Assembly: GCA_016719815.1 (NCBI GenBank)
Contig: JADJYK010000007.1
Span: 54,399 to 118,398, forward strand
DNA length: 64,000 bases
Direction: 5' to 3'
DNA from: Chitinophagaceae bacterium
GTDB lineage: Bacteria; Bacteroidota; Bacteroidia; Chitinophagales; Chitinophagaceae
The position numbers were made by a program, and so were the translations under genes. Shown here in pieces: positions 20,057-31,372 of this stretch; positions within the stretch are counted from its first letter, which is position 1, and every line of letters begins with the position of its first letter. Under the pieces are notes generated by a model that saw nothing but the letters and a program-made list of their open reading frames with translations, was not told the DNA's origin and searched no databases.

Positions 20057-20854
20057 ATGGAATATCTTTTTACCACCGATAGTTTGATAAGCTTTGTTAT
20101 TCTCGTAATCCTTGAAGTTGTTTTAGGCATCGACAATGTCATTTTTGTATCCTTGTCACTCAACCGGCTGAAAACTGAAAAAGAACAACGCAGAGCCCGT
20201 CGTATGTGGATGGTTACAGGTATCATTACAAGAAGTTTATTGTTGCTTGCACTTAGCTGGCTGCTTTCACAAAAAGGGAAACATATCTTTTCCATTTGGG
20301 GCAAAGGCTTTGACCTTGCCAGTATCATCATGCTTGCCGGCGGTTTGTTCCTGATCTATAAATCGGTAATGGAAATACATCACAAACTTGAAGGCGAAGA
20401 TCCGAATGTTGAACTCAAGAAAAAAGATGGACTTTCCTTTCCGAAGGCTATTCTACAAATAATGCTGATTGATGCTGTGTTTTCATTTGACAGTGTAATC
20501 ACTGCTGGCGGAACAGCAAAACATATTGAGATAATGATTGCAGCCGTTGTTATAGCCATGATCGTTATGTTCCTATTCAGCCCTTCAATTTCAGCATTCA
20601 TTCATAAACATCCTACACTAAAGATGCTGGCCCTCTCTTTCCTGGTAATGATCGGACTTGGTCTTGTTATTGAAGGATGGGACAGCGAAGCTGCACATCA
20701 GCTTCACCTGAAGAATTATATCTATTTCGGTATGGCATTCTCCTTTGCAGTAGAAATGCTGAACATGACAATGATAAGCCGTGCAAAGAAAAGAAAAACA
20801 CATTTGGTTGAACTAAATGAACCGGTACTGGACAAAAGCGAAACAAAAGGTTAG
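20057..20854 (+). CDS. TerC-family membrane protein
   Basis: LEVVLGIDNV, DAVFSFDSVITAGG and KNYIYFGMAFS motifs. Confidence 0.9.
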   Translation: MEYLFTTDSLISFVILVILEVVLGIDNVIFVSLSLNRLKTEKEQRRARRMWMVTGIITRSLLLLALSWLLSQKGKHIFSIWGKGFDLASIIMLAGGLFLIYKSVMEIHHKLEGEDPNVELKKKDGLSFPKAILQIMLIDAVFSFDSVITAGGTAKHIEIMIAAVVIAMIVMFLFSPSISAFIHKHPTLKMLALSFLVMIGLGLVIEGWDSEAAHQLHLKNYIYFGMAFSFAVEMLNMTMISRAKKRKTHLVELNEPVLDKSETKG

Positions 20855-20987
20855 GAGAAAGACCAGTAAAATTGGGTTTAGACAGATTCAGTAATCACTT
20901 CAAAATAGTCACAGAATGCCTTCTGTCGCTTTCAGGTATTTACCCTTAAAGAATTCTCTTTTAACGTATTCTTTCGAAAATTTTCTT

Positions 20988-21710
20988 TCACTGCCCCCCG
21001 TCATGCAGCATCATTCTGTTTTGCTCGGCATAAAAAAGAACAGATCCCTTCTGTTTTGTAACAGGATCTATCAAAAACAATGTTTTACCTTCTGTATACC
21101 ATTCACCCATATCGGCTTTTGCCGACCCATTTCCTTCGATAGAAACATTTCCGCTTCCCCCTCCACTTCTTCCAGTCCATGATAAAACCGTACCATCGGT
21201 TTTGAATTCCATAAAATAATCGGTAGCAAAAGAGGCATAATTATCACCGCTCCCGCTACTTAATACTTCCGTATGCCTCCACAGACCTATCAATCTCGCA
21301 TCTTTGGCTCCGGCAGTCTTTGTTGATTTAATTGTGGCTGGCCTTGTTATGCTGGCATTACGCTCCCGGTTCATCACCAATTCAACCTCCTGATCATTCA
21401 ACTCAGGGAACTTGATGAAGAAATGCAATTCATTTCCACGTAAAACACTTCTATAATTATAGGTGATGCTCATCTCTACATCAAATACTGTTCCCTCACT
21501 TGCTGAATCTTTTACTGTGCCATCGATGTTAGCCTGTTTACCATTCATGAAAACTTTACCCTTTAGTTTATTATTCAGCACTACAAATTCAGCTGACGAA
21601 GATAACCCCGGCTGTTCACCCGAAAAGCGGCCATTGTATTTTTGTGCAGAAGCGTCCTTCAGAAAAATCATGACAAACAAAACCGTAGCCAGCAATGATT
21701 TCATATACAT
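20988..21710 (-). CDS. Hypothetical secreted protein, C-terminus possibly altered by a frameshift in the G6 run near 20993-20998
   Basis: Sec signal MKSLLATVLFVMIFLKDASAQ. Two beta-rich domains, the second lipocalin-like (LIGLWRHTE...MEFKTDGT...GEWY). Confidence 0.7.
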   Translation of the reverse strand: MYMKSLLATVLFVMIFLKDASAQKYNGRFSGEQPGLSSSAEFVVLNNKLKGKVFMNGKQANIDGTVKDSASEGTVFDVEMSITYNYRSVLRGNELHFFIKFPELNDQEVELVMNRERNASITRPATIKSTKTAGAKDARLIGLWRHTEVLSSGSGDNYASFATDYFMEFKTDGTVLSWTGRSGGGSGNVSIEGNGSAKADMGEWYTEGKTLFLIDPVTKQKGSVLFYAEQNRMMLHDGGQ

Positions 21711-21758
21711 ATTCCTTTTTTTAAAAATAAAACGCAGTACAACACAACTTTTTTAAAA

Positions 21759-23282
21759 TTATTTATTCCCCGGTACGGCAGGATACAAATACGGATACGT
21801 ATCCTGGAATCCCGGCAACAGTCCCTTCTGCTCTATTGTCATATTCTCAAATGCTTTCTTCACATAATATTGTGGATTATGCTGACCAAAATCAAATAAC
21901 GGATAATCATGTGATTCTTTCGGGTATTTGAGACTTTGTCCTTTGATACCTGTCCTTAACAAGGATGCCCACCCGGCGGGATCAAAAGCACCTACATCTC
22001 CATTTAACTTGTCAATCTTCGCCCGGGAATAATCATTGTACTCAAAAGGATTGGCTGTCATAGGAAAATATCTCTCCCCGCAATTATAATCATCATCAGC
22101 GCCTACTGCGTTGAGCCAGTGACGATGGCCTGGTATTTTATACGTTGAGAAGTAAATGGCAGGTGACCATATCTTCGTAACAAAATCTACTCCATGTTCA
22201 AACCGCTGTATTTTACCGCTCCCCAAAAGTGAAGTACACCTGTTTACAAAAACCTGATCGCCGATAACACGGGGTGCAGCATAGGAATAAACCTCCGCCA
22301 CCTTGTAACCCGAACCAGCCAGGTAAGGTGCACTGATTATTGCCATAGCGCCTCCCAGGCTATGCCCCGCTATGAATATTTTTTTATTCTTGCTTTTTGC
22401 TTCAAAAACATCCAGCGTAGTCATTAATTTATTTCGGATTACTTTAAAACTATTCCAAAACCCGGCATGCATTTTGGCTGAAGCCAAAGGCCCATCGCCA
22501 CTCACCGGTACAAAGTAGGCATCTGTTCCAATCCATTCCCAGGAATCATCCTTATATACATTATCAGTGCCTCTCCACGCAACTATAATGTATTCTTCAG
22601 TGGAGATAACCATTAATTCCGGATCAAACCCCGGTATTCTTATTTCTCCTCCTATATTGACAAAATCCGTTCGTTTATTCAAAAACTTAAACTTAGGTAT
22701 TGATCTTTCAAATGCAATTGAGTCTTGTATAAATTTCTGTTCCGGAGACATTATTGCGATATTGTTGTCTATTATTACCCTCGCCTTCCCCGATAAATCA
22801 GCCTTATCATTCAGCATTTGATTGTTCTTAAGATTAGAATTATTGACCACCCCGGGTTTATTCCTGTTTTCTACGGATGCCATTTGCAGGTTTTTATCAA
22901 TTTTTAAAGGCCGAACCGGTTTGCTGTTCACATCATAGAACCAGTGACTGAAGCGTTTTTTAAAATCACACTCAAAAGAATTATTACTGCTTTTGTTCAG
23001 TTGACTGGAACTAAAATCAGGAGCGGGAAAGCCTGAAGGGTTGCGCAGCTTACGCAATTCAAAATCCAGCCGCTCTGTGTACATCAACTGACTGATCTTA
23101 GCCAGCAGGTAATTATTAACGGCATGAACACCGGGTTGCTGATTACTGGAAAAATATTGGAAACAGTTCATCTCTTTTGCCGGAATGGTATACCCTTTTG
23201 CTGATTCATCGCAAACTGACTGAGAAGTTCCGGTCAAGGCTGCCAGCAACAGACCAAAGAACAACAATAAATGACTACGCAT
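21759..23282 (-). CDS. Secreted class-3 lipase family protein
   Basis: Signal peptide, IIVAWRGT, MHAGFW, nucleophile elbow GHSLGG, candidate Asp (GVDFV) and His (GQHNP). Confidence 0.88.
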   Translation of the reverse strand: MRSHLLLFFGLLLAALTGTSQSVCDESAKGYTIPAKEMNCFQYFSSNQQPGVHAVNNYLLAKISQLMYTERLDFELRKLRNPSGFPAPDFSSSQLNKSSNNSFECDFKKRFSHWFYDVNSKPVRPLKIDKNLQMASVENRNKPGVVNNSNLKNNQMLNDKADLSGKARVIIDNNIAIMSPEQKFIQDSIAFERSIPKFKFLNKRTDFVNIGGEIRIPGFDPELMVISTEEYIIVAWRGTDNVYKDDSWEWIGTDAYFVPVSGDGPLASAKMHAGFWNSFKVIRNKLMTTLDVFEAKSKNKKIFIAGHSLGGAMAIISAPYLAGSGYKVAEVYSYAAPRVIGDQVFVNRCTSLLGSGKIQRFEHGVDFVTKIWSPAIYFSTYKIPGHRHWLNAVGADDDYNCGERYFPMTANPFEYNDYSRAKIDKLNGDVGAFDPAGWASLLRTGIKGQSLKYPKESHDYPLFDFGQHNPQYYVKKAFENMTIEQKGLLPGFQDTYPYLYPAVPGNK

Positions 23283-23367
23283 GAAGTATTAATTTTATAG
23301 GGGTAAAGTTCAATAACAAGCCTGTTTTTATATATCCCTGAATCTGGTGAATTGTATTTCTGGAAAA

Positions 23368-23383
23368 TACCTGAATGCAGGTA
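23368..23383. promoter_or_regulatory. Palindromic operator candidate TACCTG-N4-CAGGTA
   Basis: Perfect 6-bp inverted repeat in the 140-bp divergent gap between the lipase and the kinase. A degenerate copy TCCCTG-aatc-TGGTGA starts 33 bp earlier, at 23335. Confidence 0.5.
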
Positions 23384-23422
23384 GTTGAGTTAAACTATTA
23401 AATTGTACTTTGAAAAAAAATC

Positions 23423-25431
23423 ATGCGCACAATACTGCTACTATTTCTGGGCTTCGTTTCTCTTGTTGCAGGAAGTCTTTATACAGCTGCTCAAACCATG
23501 AGTAAGGAAAAAATGGATAGCCTGCTTTCTATTATACAAAGAGTTAAACATGACAGCAATACCGTAAAAACTTACACTGAAATTCAACGATATTATTTCA
23601 ACAACGGACAATATGACTCCGCCCGCAAGTATGTATTATTATCCATCCCGGTGGCCAGGAAACTAAATGACAAAAAAAGATTAAGCAGGATATTATACAA
23701 TGCGGGTATTATCTATACAAACCTTACCCGGTATGACAGTGCCCGTTTATATCTTGACGAAGGAGTAGCACTAGTAACAGAAACCGGGGATACTGCAGTG
23801 CTGGTACACACCATCTTTGCCAACGCATTGCTGTCCACCTATCAATCTGATTATTCCGGCGCAGTGGAACAGCTGATGAAGGCAGTCCATATCATTGAAA
23901 GTTCTGGTAACCCGGGGATACGTATTTTACTTCCACAGTCATATGGCAAAATCGGTAACAATCTTATAGCCGAGAACCAATATGAAAAAGGGCTTGAATA
24001 CGCAAAAAAAGCATTATTGATAAAGAATTATCCGGATGAAGACAGATACAAAGTATTGCTTTACCTGGATATATCTGATGCCTATATCAAACTCAAGAAA
24101 ATCAGCGAAGCGAAGCAATACCTTGATTCAGCCAGTCAGTTCAATTCTAAAATAAATAACATCCTTAACAGTCTTGTGCTAAGTTCTGAGGGTCACTATT
24201 ATGATGTAACCGGGGATTACCCGGCTTCTTTGAGAGCATATGCTAGAGCGTATAAATTAGCAGACAGTTTAAATAGCGAATACCTGAAAGCTGAAATGGG
24301 TGATAATGTGGCCCGTACATACCTGAATCTAGGCGAATTTGTAACCGCCGAAAAATATGCCCTGGAAAGCAATGCCATTGCTATAAAACTCAATCAATAC
24401 AAAGTGGCCGCCAATACTTATAGTACGCTTAAGGAAATAGCTGTAAAGAAAATTGATTTTAAAAAAGCATACCAATATGCCGAATTGAATAAGTCATACA
24501 CAGATAGTGCCTCGAATATTGAAACAAAGAAAAATATTCTTAATCTGGAGGCGAGGTACCATCAGGAAAAAAATAAAAAGGAAATAGCTTCGCTGCAACT
24601 CTCCAATGCGGAAAAGGAACTGGCAGTAGTAAAACGTAACTGGTTGTTGCTGATCGGCGGTGCCAGCTCAACAATCCTCGTATTATTATTAGGGTTTCTA
24701 TACAGGAACAGCCGTCAAAAACATATCATTGCTGAAAAAGATAATATCCTGCAGGTGGAACAGATAAAATTTTTAGAACGACAGCAACAGCTAGTATCAC
24801 TGCAATCGATGATCAACGGGCAGGAAACTGAGAGAAGCCGTATCGCCAAAGACTTACACGATGGTCTGGGTGGCCTGTTCTCCACTATTAAAATGCATTT
24901 CAGTACGCTGCAGCATGAAAGAAATGAATTACAAAAGGATCCGCTGTTTACCAAAAGTTATGAAATGGTTAATACTGCCTCAGAAGAAGTACGGCGTATT
25001 GCCCATAATATGATGCCGGAAGTTCTGATCAGGATTGGCCTTGTGCAGGCCATACAGGAATTATGCAATAGCATCAGTGCCGGTAAATTGCTGAATGTAT
25101 CAATGCAGTCTTATGGCATGGACCAACGTCTCAATTCTTCGACCGAGGTAATGCTGTTCCGGATTATGCAGGAACTGATAAATAACATAATAAAACATGC
25201 AAAGGCCTCAGAAGCTATTATTCAGTTCAACAGGGAAAACAACAGGTTAATTGTCACCGTTGAAGATAACGGGCTTGGTTTTAATATGGCCGAAAATGAA
25301 GACAAAAAAACTGCAGGACTTCAATCAGTAGAAAGCCGTGTTCATTACCTGAATGGAAAATTATCTATTGATTCACAAAAGAAATTGGCACAACAATTAT
25401 GATGGATTTTTTAATCCATGAAGAAAGCTAA
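23423..25431 (+). CDS. Tetratricopeptide-repeat sensor histidine kinase (HisKA_3/HATPase_c), frameshift near 25377-25380
   Basis: Signal or TM segment, helical TPR-like periplasmic region, second TM, H-box ERSRIAKDLHDGLGG, ELINNIIKHA, VEDNGLGF. One extra A restores DSQKEIGTTIMMDFLIHEES-stop. Confidence 0.9.
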
Positions 25432-25464
25432 TAAAACAAAAGGTTTTGTATTTTTATTTAGCTA

Positions 25465-26093
25465 ATGATTTCAATAATAGTTATAGACGATCATCCGCTG
25501 GTAGGAAACGGAATTACCTTAATGGTAAAGATGTAACCTATTTACAAATTTCAGCCATTTGTAAAAATGGTAAAGAAGGGCTTGATTATCTGAAAAACAA
25601 CGACCCGGATGTGATACTTTTAGATATCAGCCTGCCGGATATTGACGGGCTTGAACTTTGTTCACTTATACGAAAAAAATAAACAGGTAAAAATTATAGG
25701 CCTTACATCTACCAATGAGGCTGGAATCATATCACAATTACTGGCAAATGGAGGAAATGGATACTTGCTCAAAAATATGGAAAGAGATGAATTACTACAT
25801 GCGATAGATGAAGTAATGAACAACAGGATTTTTTGAGCCAGGCTGCAAATCAAAAAATATTAGAGCAGTTTCAGTCTGTTCGTGATGCCGTGAAAAGTAC
25901 TCCTGTTCTTTCACGCCGTGAAAATGAGATTCTAAAACTTTTGCAAGATGGATTAACCGGCCCGCAAATTGCTGAAAAATTATTTTTGAGTCCATATACA
26001 ATAGAAACACACCGAAAGAACCTGATGCAGAAACTAAATGCAAATACCACGCAACAGTTACTCAATATCGCTCAAAAAAACAGATTACTTTAA
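25465..26093 (+). CDS. NarL/LuxR-family response regulator, three frameshifts (about 25528, 25673-25679, 25829-25834)
   Basis: Read by hand: MISIIVIDDHPLVGNGI..., VILLDISLPDIDG, LTSTNE, GYLLKN, then HTH LSRRENEIL...LSPYTIETHRKNLMQKL. Confidence 0.88.
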
Positions 26094-26794
26094 AGGGCGT
26101 TCATCATTAATGTTGCCGCTACTACACCTGCTGTTTCAGTACGCAATCTTGTTTCGCCCAAACTTACAGGCTGAAACGCATTTTGCAATGCCAATTCAAT
26201 TTCTTTAGAAGAAAAATCGCCTTCGGGGCCGATGAAGATAGTTGAAGGGTTGTAGGATGGAAAGGTTGAAAGGTTTTTTTTATCCTTTGCTTCGGCACAA
26301 AATGCTATAAACTTTTGTTTTGCTGATGATGCTGATATCGCTTTGGCAAATTCAACCGGTTCGTACAACTTTGGCAACCAGCACTGCTGGCTTTGCAGCA
26401 TGGCGCTGATGCAGATAGCATTCATACGGTCGTGGCGAAATTTTTCTTTCACAGTACGGTCGCAAATAAGCGGAATAATCTCTCTCAGACCAATTTCTGT
26501 TGCTTTTTCCAAAAACCACTCGAAGCGACTGGAGTTTTTTAAAAGGGAAATAGCTATAGAGACGTTCCTTGTTAAGGGTTGCTGGTTACTGGTTGTTAAG
26601 ACTCTGACAGTACATGTTTTCTTACCGGTTTCAACGATTTCACAAATGAGCAGGTGTCCTTTACCATCGGTGAGGTTCAGTTTTTCACTATTTTTCATAC
26701 GTAGTACCTGTAGGACATGACGGCTGGTTTCTTCGTCAAGTGCTAACAACTGCTCTCCATAATAATTGCTGATATAGAAAAAGGGAAATGCCAT
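26090..26794 (-). CDS. rsmE: 16S rRNA m3U1498 methyltransferase
   Basis: HVLQVLRM, EKATEIG, SAMLQSQQ, IFIGPEGDFS, SLGETRLRTETA. Confidence 0.93.
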   Translation of the reverse strand: MAFPFFYISNYYGEQLLALDEETSRHVLQVLRMKNSEKLNLTDGKGHLLICEIVETGKKTCTVRVLTTSNQQPLTRNVSIAISLLKNSSRFEWFLEKATEIGLREIIPLICDRTVKEKFRHDRMNAICISAMLQSQQCWLPKLYEPVEFAKAISASSAKQKFIAFCAEAKDKKNLSTFPSYNPSTIFIGPEGDFSSKEIELALQNAFQPVSLGETRLRTETAGVVAATLMMNAL

Positions 26795-26851
26795 TGAAAA
26801 GAAGATGTCCCCGAGGCTTTCGGGGTACGACTTAAACAAAATTAGTTTTTA

Positions 26852-28422
26852 TCAGAATGGGGTTTCATCATCATCTTTCAAATCGTTCATTTTACTTCCC
26901 GTTTGTATAAATACTTTTGCGCCACCATCATCATCCAGATCGCTAACTGGTTTCCAATTACCGGAAAGACCACCTGGCGTACCGAATGAGCTTCCATCGT
27001 CTTCTGTAAATTTCTGTATGTGCAACAATGCCCTTAGCTTAATTGTTTCCAAAGTACCGTTCCTGTGCTTGGCAATACGAACATGGGTTTCACCACGGTT
27101 GCTTTCTCCCATTTCATTTTGAGTTATATCATAATACTCCGGCCTGTACAGGAACATTACCATGTCGGCATCCTGTTCTATAGCCCCGGATTCACGAAGG
27201 TCACTCAGTTGCGGCATTTTGTTTCCATCCTTGCCGGCACTTCTTGTTTCCACCGCCCGGCTTAACTGTGAAAGTGCAATGATGGGAATGTTGAGTTCTT
27301 TAGCCAGTCCTTTCAGGTTACGGGAGATGTTACTGATTTCCTGCTCCCGGTTGCTATTACGGTTTTCCCCTGTACCACTCATCAACTGCAGATAGTCAAT
27401 AATTACCATCCCAATGTTGTGCTTATTTTTAACCGGCGGCATTTAGCCCGCAACTCAAAGATATTAAGAGCAGGTGTATCATCAATAAACAAAGGTGCTT
27501 GCGCCAAACGCTGAATTCCCCTTGCGTACAGTTGTTTCATTTCATGTTCTTCGAGTTTACCTCGTGCGATTTTCTCCAGCCAGATCTCACTTTCTGCTGC
27601 AAGAATACGCTGTACCAATTGGCCTGCACTCATTTCAAGTGAGAATAAAGCAACAGGTGTAGGCTTAGCTGAATTCATCACAGCATTGCGTGCCAGATTT
27701 AATGCAAAAGCGGTTTTACCTACAGCCGGCCTTGCAGCAAGAATGATAAGATCGGTATTCTGCCAGCCATATGTAACCCTGTCAAGAGAGGGAAAGCCAC
27801 TAGGCACACCAGTTACATCTTCGTTTTTATGACGCAGATCTTCTATACGCTGAATAGCTTTCACAAGCACAGAGTCAATGGTATCAAAGTTTTTGCGCAG
27901 GTGATTATTAGTGATCTCAAAAAGTTTGCTTTCGGCATCATCAAGCAGATCAAACACATCGGTCGAATCTTCGTAAGCATCCCCAATAATCTCACCGCTG
28001 ATGCGGATTAATTCCCGCTGAATGAACTTTTGCAGAATGATTCTTGAATGAGCTTCAATATTCGCTGCTGATACTACGGCATTTGTGAGTTTGGTGACAT
28101 AATAGGCACCTCCGACCATTTCGAGTTCTTCCCTGAAGCGTAGTTCTTCCGCAACCGTTAAAATGTCTATAGGCTGGCTTTTATTGGAAAGCCCCTGCAT
28201 CGCCCTGTATATGCGTTGATGTGCATCCACATAAAAGCACTCAGGTTTTAATATTTCAACCACTGTATCAAATGCATCTTTTTCCAGCATGATGGCACCC
28301 AGTACTGCCTCTTCCAGATCTTTAGCCTGTGGCGGCACTTTGCCGTATACCATTGTGCCCAAATCAAGCGTTGACTTTCTTTTTTGCTTGCTGCGGTCTT
28401 TGTTGAGGTTCGTCAGTTCCAT
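26852..28422 (-). CDS. dnaB: Replicative DNA helicase, frameshift at 27426-27430
   Basis: [66 protein letters not shown]. One extra A gives RLKNKHNIG. Confidence 0.96.
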
Positions 28423-28637
28423 ATTCAGTTACAGAGATAAAGTTGTTTTCATTGATTTTTACCAATGACTTAAGGCGCAACTCCGGTTTATAATTTGAAA
28501 TCGTAACAGTGGTGGCTGCATACGAAGTGGGAATCTTTCCGTTCAGTCAGAAAGCGAAAATAAAGGCGCATGATGAATGAAAAGCTTAGAGCTATATATT
28601 TTTCTTTCTGCACTTTTTCTTCACCTCAAAAACGGGG

Positions 28638-28646
28638 TTATCCACA
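28638..28646 (+). promoter_or_regulatory. DnaA box
   Basis: Perfect TTATCCACA in the intergenic region upstream of dnaB. Confidence 0.55.
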
Positions 28647-28849
28647 ACGGGTATTGCCGGCAACCAGTATTCAATTTACCATAAAAACGAAGTAAAAACC
28701 CTATGTGTGTCAAAAAAAGTTTTAAAAACACCTGATTTTAGTCATGTTACACAATAATTAATTAAAGCAGTAGTTAGATTTGAGTTAGTTCTTTTTTACC
28801 CATACCAGCTGCAACCGTACCTATTTATTATATTTTAAAATTCATCATA

Positions 28850-29359
28850 ATGGAAACTAAGAAAAACAGCAGCATTGCCCGCCCGGTACTAAGCCAGGCA
28901 TTAAATAACACAACCCTATGGATAGGCCATTTCAGGCCTCATGCACAGGATAATCTTGCGGGACAAACATTTATCTGCCCTTCAGACGGTTTAGTGGACA
29001 ACATCCAGGTTTTTGCTTCTGCTGTAACACATCCGGGTGAGGTGTCACTTACCCTACATGAGTTTGACACTGATTCAAAAACATGGGGCAGGGCTATTGG
29101 CAGCAGCCAACGCATGGTGGAACAAAATGACGGCACTCATTGGCTTCGTTTTGAGCTGGATCCAGTGTCTTTGCAAAAAGATACCACTTATGGTTTCCGG
29201 CTACAAACAGAGGATGGCATTATCGGCATTGGTGAAGCCGCTTCAGTAAACCGTCACCCATTTACATTTGGCCATGCCTGGAACGGCCATAGTGATAACG
29301 ATAAAGGTGAATATTTCCGTTACTTCAGCCTTGCTTTTAAGGTGGAGTTGTGTGCATAA
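28850..29359 (+). CDS. Hypothetical protein (169 aa, beta-rich)
   Basis: Clean ORF with a TAGATTTG -7 box at 28775-28782 and a downstream hairpin. I do not recognise the family. Confidence 0.72.
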   Translation: METKKNSSIARPVLSQALNNTTLWIGHFRPHAQDNLAGQTFICPSDGLVDNIQVFASAVTHPGEVSLTLHEFDTDSKTWGRAIGSSQRMVEQNDGTHWLRFELDPVSLQKDTTYGFRLQTEDGIIGIGEAASVNRHPFTFGHAWNGHSDNDKGEYFRYFSLAFKVELCA

Positions 29360-29388
29360 AAACTGTAATCCCATTATACTATTAAACT

Positions 29389-29429
29389 TGTCTTTCGGGT
29401 TAATTCAAATCCGGAAGGCAGGTTTTTTT
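29389..29429 (+). terminator. Probable intrinsic terminator
   Basis: tgtctttcggg/tccggaaggca stem (with GU pairs) followed by a T7 run, between convergent genes. Confidence 0.55.
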
Positions 29430-29518
29430 AATGGTTAAAGAAAATTTATTGCCTTATTAAGTCGGCAAGTTAATCATATAAATACCAAAAGTGGGTGTTT
29501 AAAACAGGCAGGGTCAGA

Positions 29519-31194
29519 TCAATTCATCACCATTTCACTGGCATTTTCAATAGCGGCAGCGGTTGGTTTCTCACCACTCAGCATTTTGGCAATAGCAGTT
29601 ATCCTTTCCTCTGTGTTAAGCTGACGGATATTTGTTTTAACAGCGTTGTCAACTATTTCTTTGTATACAAAATAATGTGCATTGGCTTTACCTGCAATCT
29701 GTGGCTGATGTGTTATGCAGATAATCTGCCTTTTTGCAGCCAGGTCTTTCATAATCATCCCTACCTGTCTTGCTGCTTCGCCGGAAATACCAGTATCAAT
29801 TTCATCAAAAATTAGTGTGGGCAGGTCAACCGACTGGGCTACCAATGATTTTACACAAAGCATCAAACGGCTCAGTTCACCACCACTGGCTACTTTGCCT
29901 ACAGGCATATATTGTCCGCTCTTACCTGTTTCGCCGGCAGGCAGATTTGCATCGAAGAGAAAATCAATATCGTCTGCGCCGTTGCTCTTCATTTCGGCAG
30001 GCTTAATGTCCACTTTCAGTTTTGCATTGGGCATTCCTACCTGTTCCAGTAGTTTATTTACCTTTTCCTCCAGCGGTTTTATCTGTTTGTAACAGGCATC
30101 GCTAATTTTCTCAGCCATTTGTTTTGATCGTAGCATTAACTGACCGGCTTGTTTTTCTTTTTGCTCAATTGCTTCATCAATATTTAATACGGCTTTCAGC
30201 TTTTCTTCCAACTGATTTTTATAATAGCTAATTCTGCAGTTGTATGAACTCCATGCTTTTTTTGCAGCCTATATCCCAAAGAAAGCCTTTCATTCAATTG
30301 TTCTATCCGCTCCGGGTCATAATTAATATGGCTGCTAATGCGATCCACATCATTTGCAATATCCTGAAGCTCTATCTGTGCTGATTGCAGCCGTTCAATA
30401 AGTACCGGCAAATCAAAATGATAAGATGAGTATACATTTAACTGGTTTAATAACATTTTCAATTGCTGAACCACCGGAGTTTCACTTTCTTTCAGCTCAA
30501 AGTATGCCTTATTTAATGCTGCTTTTATTCCTTCGGAATTGTTAAGCAGTTTCAGTTCTGTATCAATATCTTCCAGTTCGTTTTCTTTGAAGGCCGCTTC
30601 CTCAAGTTCGTTATACTGGAACCGGTTGTAATCAGCTTCTTTATCAAACTGTTGCTTTTGCTCTTTTAATAAAACGATTTCTTTTTTAACTTGCTGCCAC
30701 TGGTAAAAGGTTTGGCGGTATTGATCTACTTCTATGGCAATGCCTGCCAGTGCATCAATTACCTGCCGCTGAAAGTTTGTTTCGCCGAGTTCCAGTGCGT
30801 CAAACTGCTGATGAAGATCAACCAGTAAGCGGCTGAGTTCATTTAATTGCCAAAGTGTTACAGGTGTGTCATTGATAAAAGCCCTCGATTTACCACTTGT
30901 ATTTATCTCCCGGCGAACCACCAGTTCATCCTGTATATCAAAATCATTGGTTGTTAAGAAATGAAGAATCTCTTTTTTCCCTTTAATATCAAAGCTACCC
31001 TCTACTATGCTTTTCTTTTCCTTGTTAACCAGTGCAGCAGAATCAGCCCTGTCGCCAAGTATAAGGCCAAGTGCTCCCATGATGATTGATTTACCAGCAC
31101 CCGTTTCGCCGGTAATGATGTTTAACTTCCCGGAGAAGCTTATTTCCAGTTCGTCAATTATAGCATAGTTCTGTATGTAAAGGCGGGAGAGCAT
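29519..31194 (-). CDS. recN: DNA repair protein RecN, frameshift at 30216-30220
   Basis: ITGETGAGKS, SRAFIN, ASGGELSRLML, IFDEIDTGISG, ITHQPQIA. One extra A gives AIIKNQLEEKLK. Confidence 0.95.
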
Positions 31195-31324
31195 TTGAAT
31201 GGCAAATTAAGTTATTGCAGCAGATTTACACGGATGTAATACAGATTTTTTAAGCTCCCACCACCTGTATTTATTGAAACCAATTGGCGAGAGAGCTAAC
31301 TTCCAAAGCTACTCCCTGAAACAA

Positions 31325-31352
31325 AGTAGCCGTTGCAATGGCAACGGCTACT
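31325..31352. terminator. Intrinsic terminator hairpin downstream of the zinc-ribbon gene
   Basis: Perfect 12-bp stem agtagccgttgc/gcaacggctact, 4-nt loop, T-rich flanks on both strands. Confidence 0.7.
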
Positions 31353-31372
31353 CTTATTTATTAAAAAACTAC

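Noticed and set aside
27403-27442. Programmed frameshift or intein in dnaB
   Set aside because: A single missing A in a homopolymer restores a normal-length DnaB. No intein-sized insertion, and identical breaks occur throughout the window.
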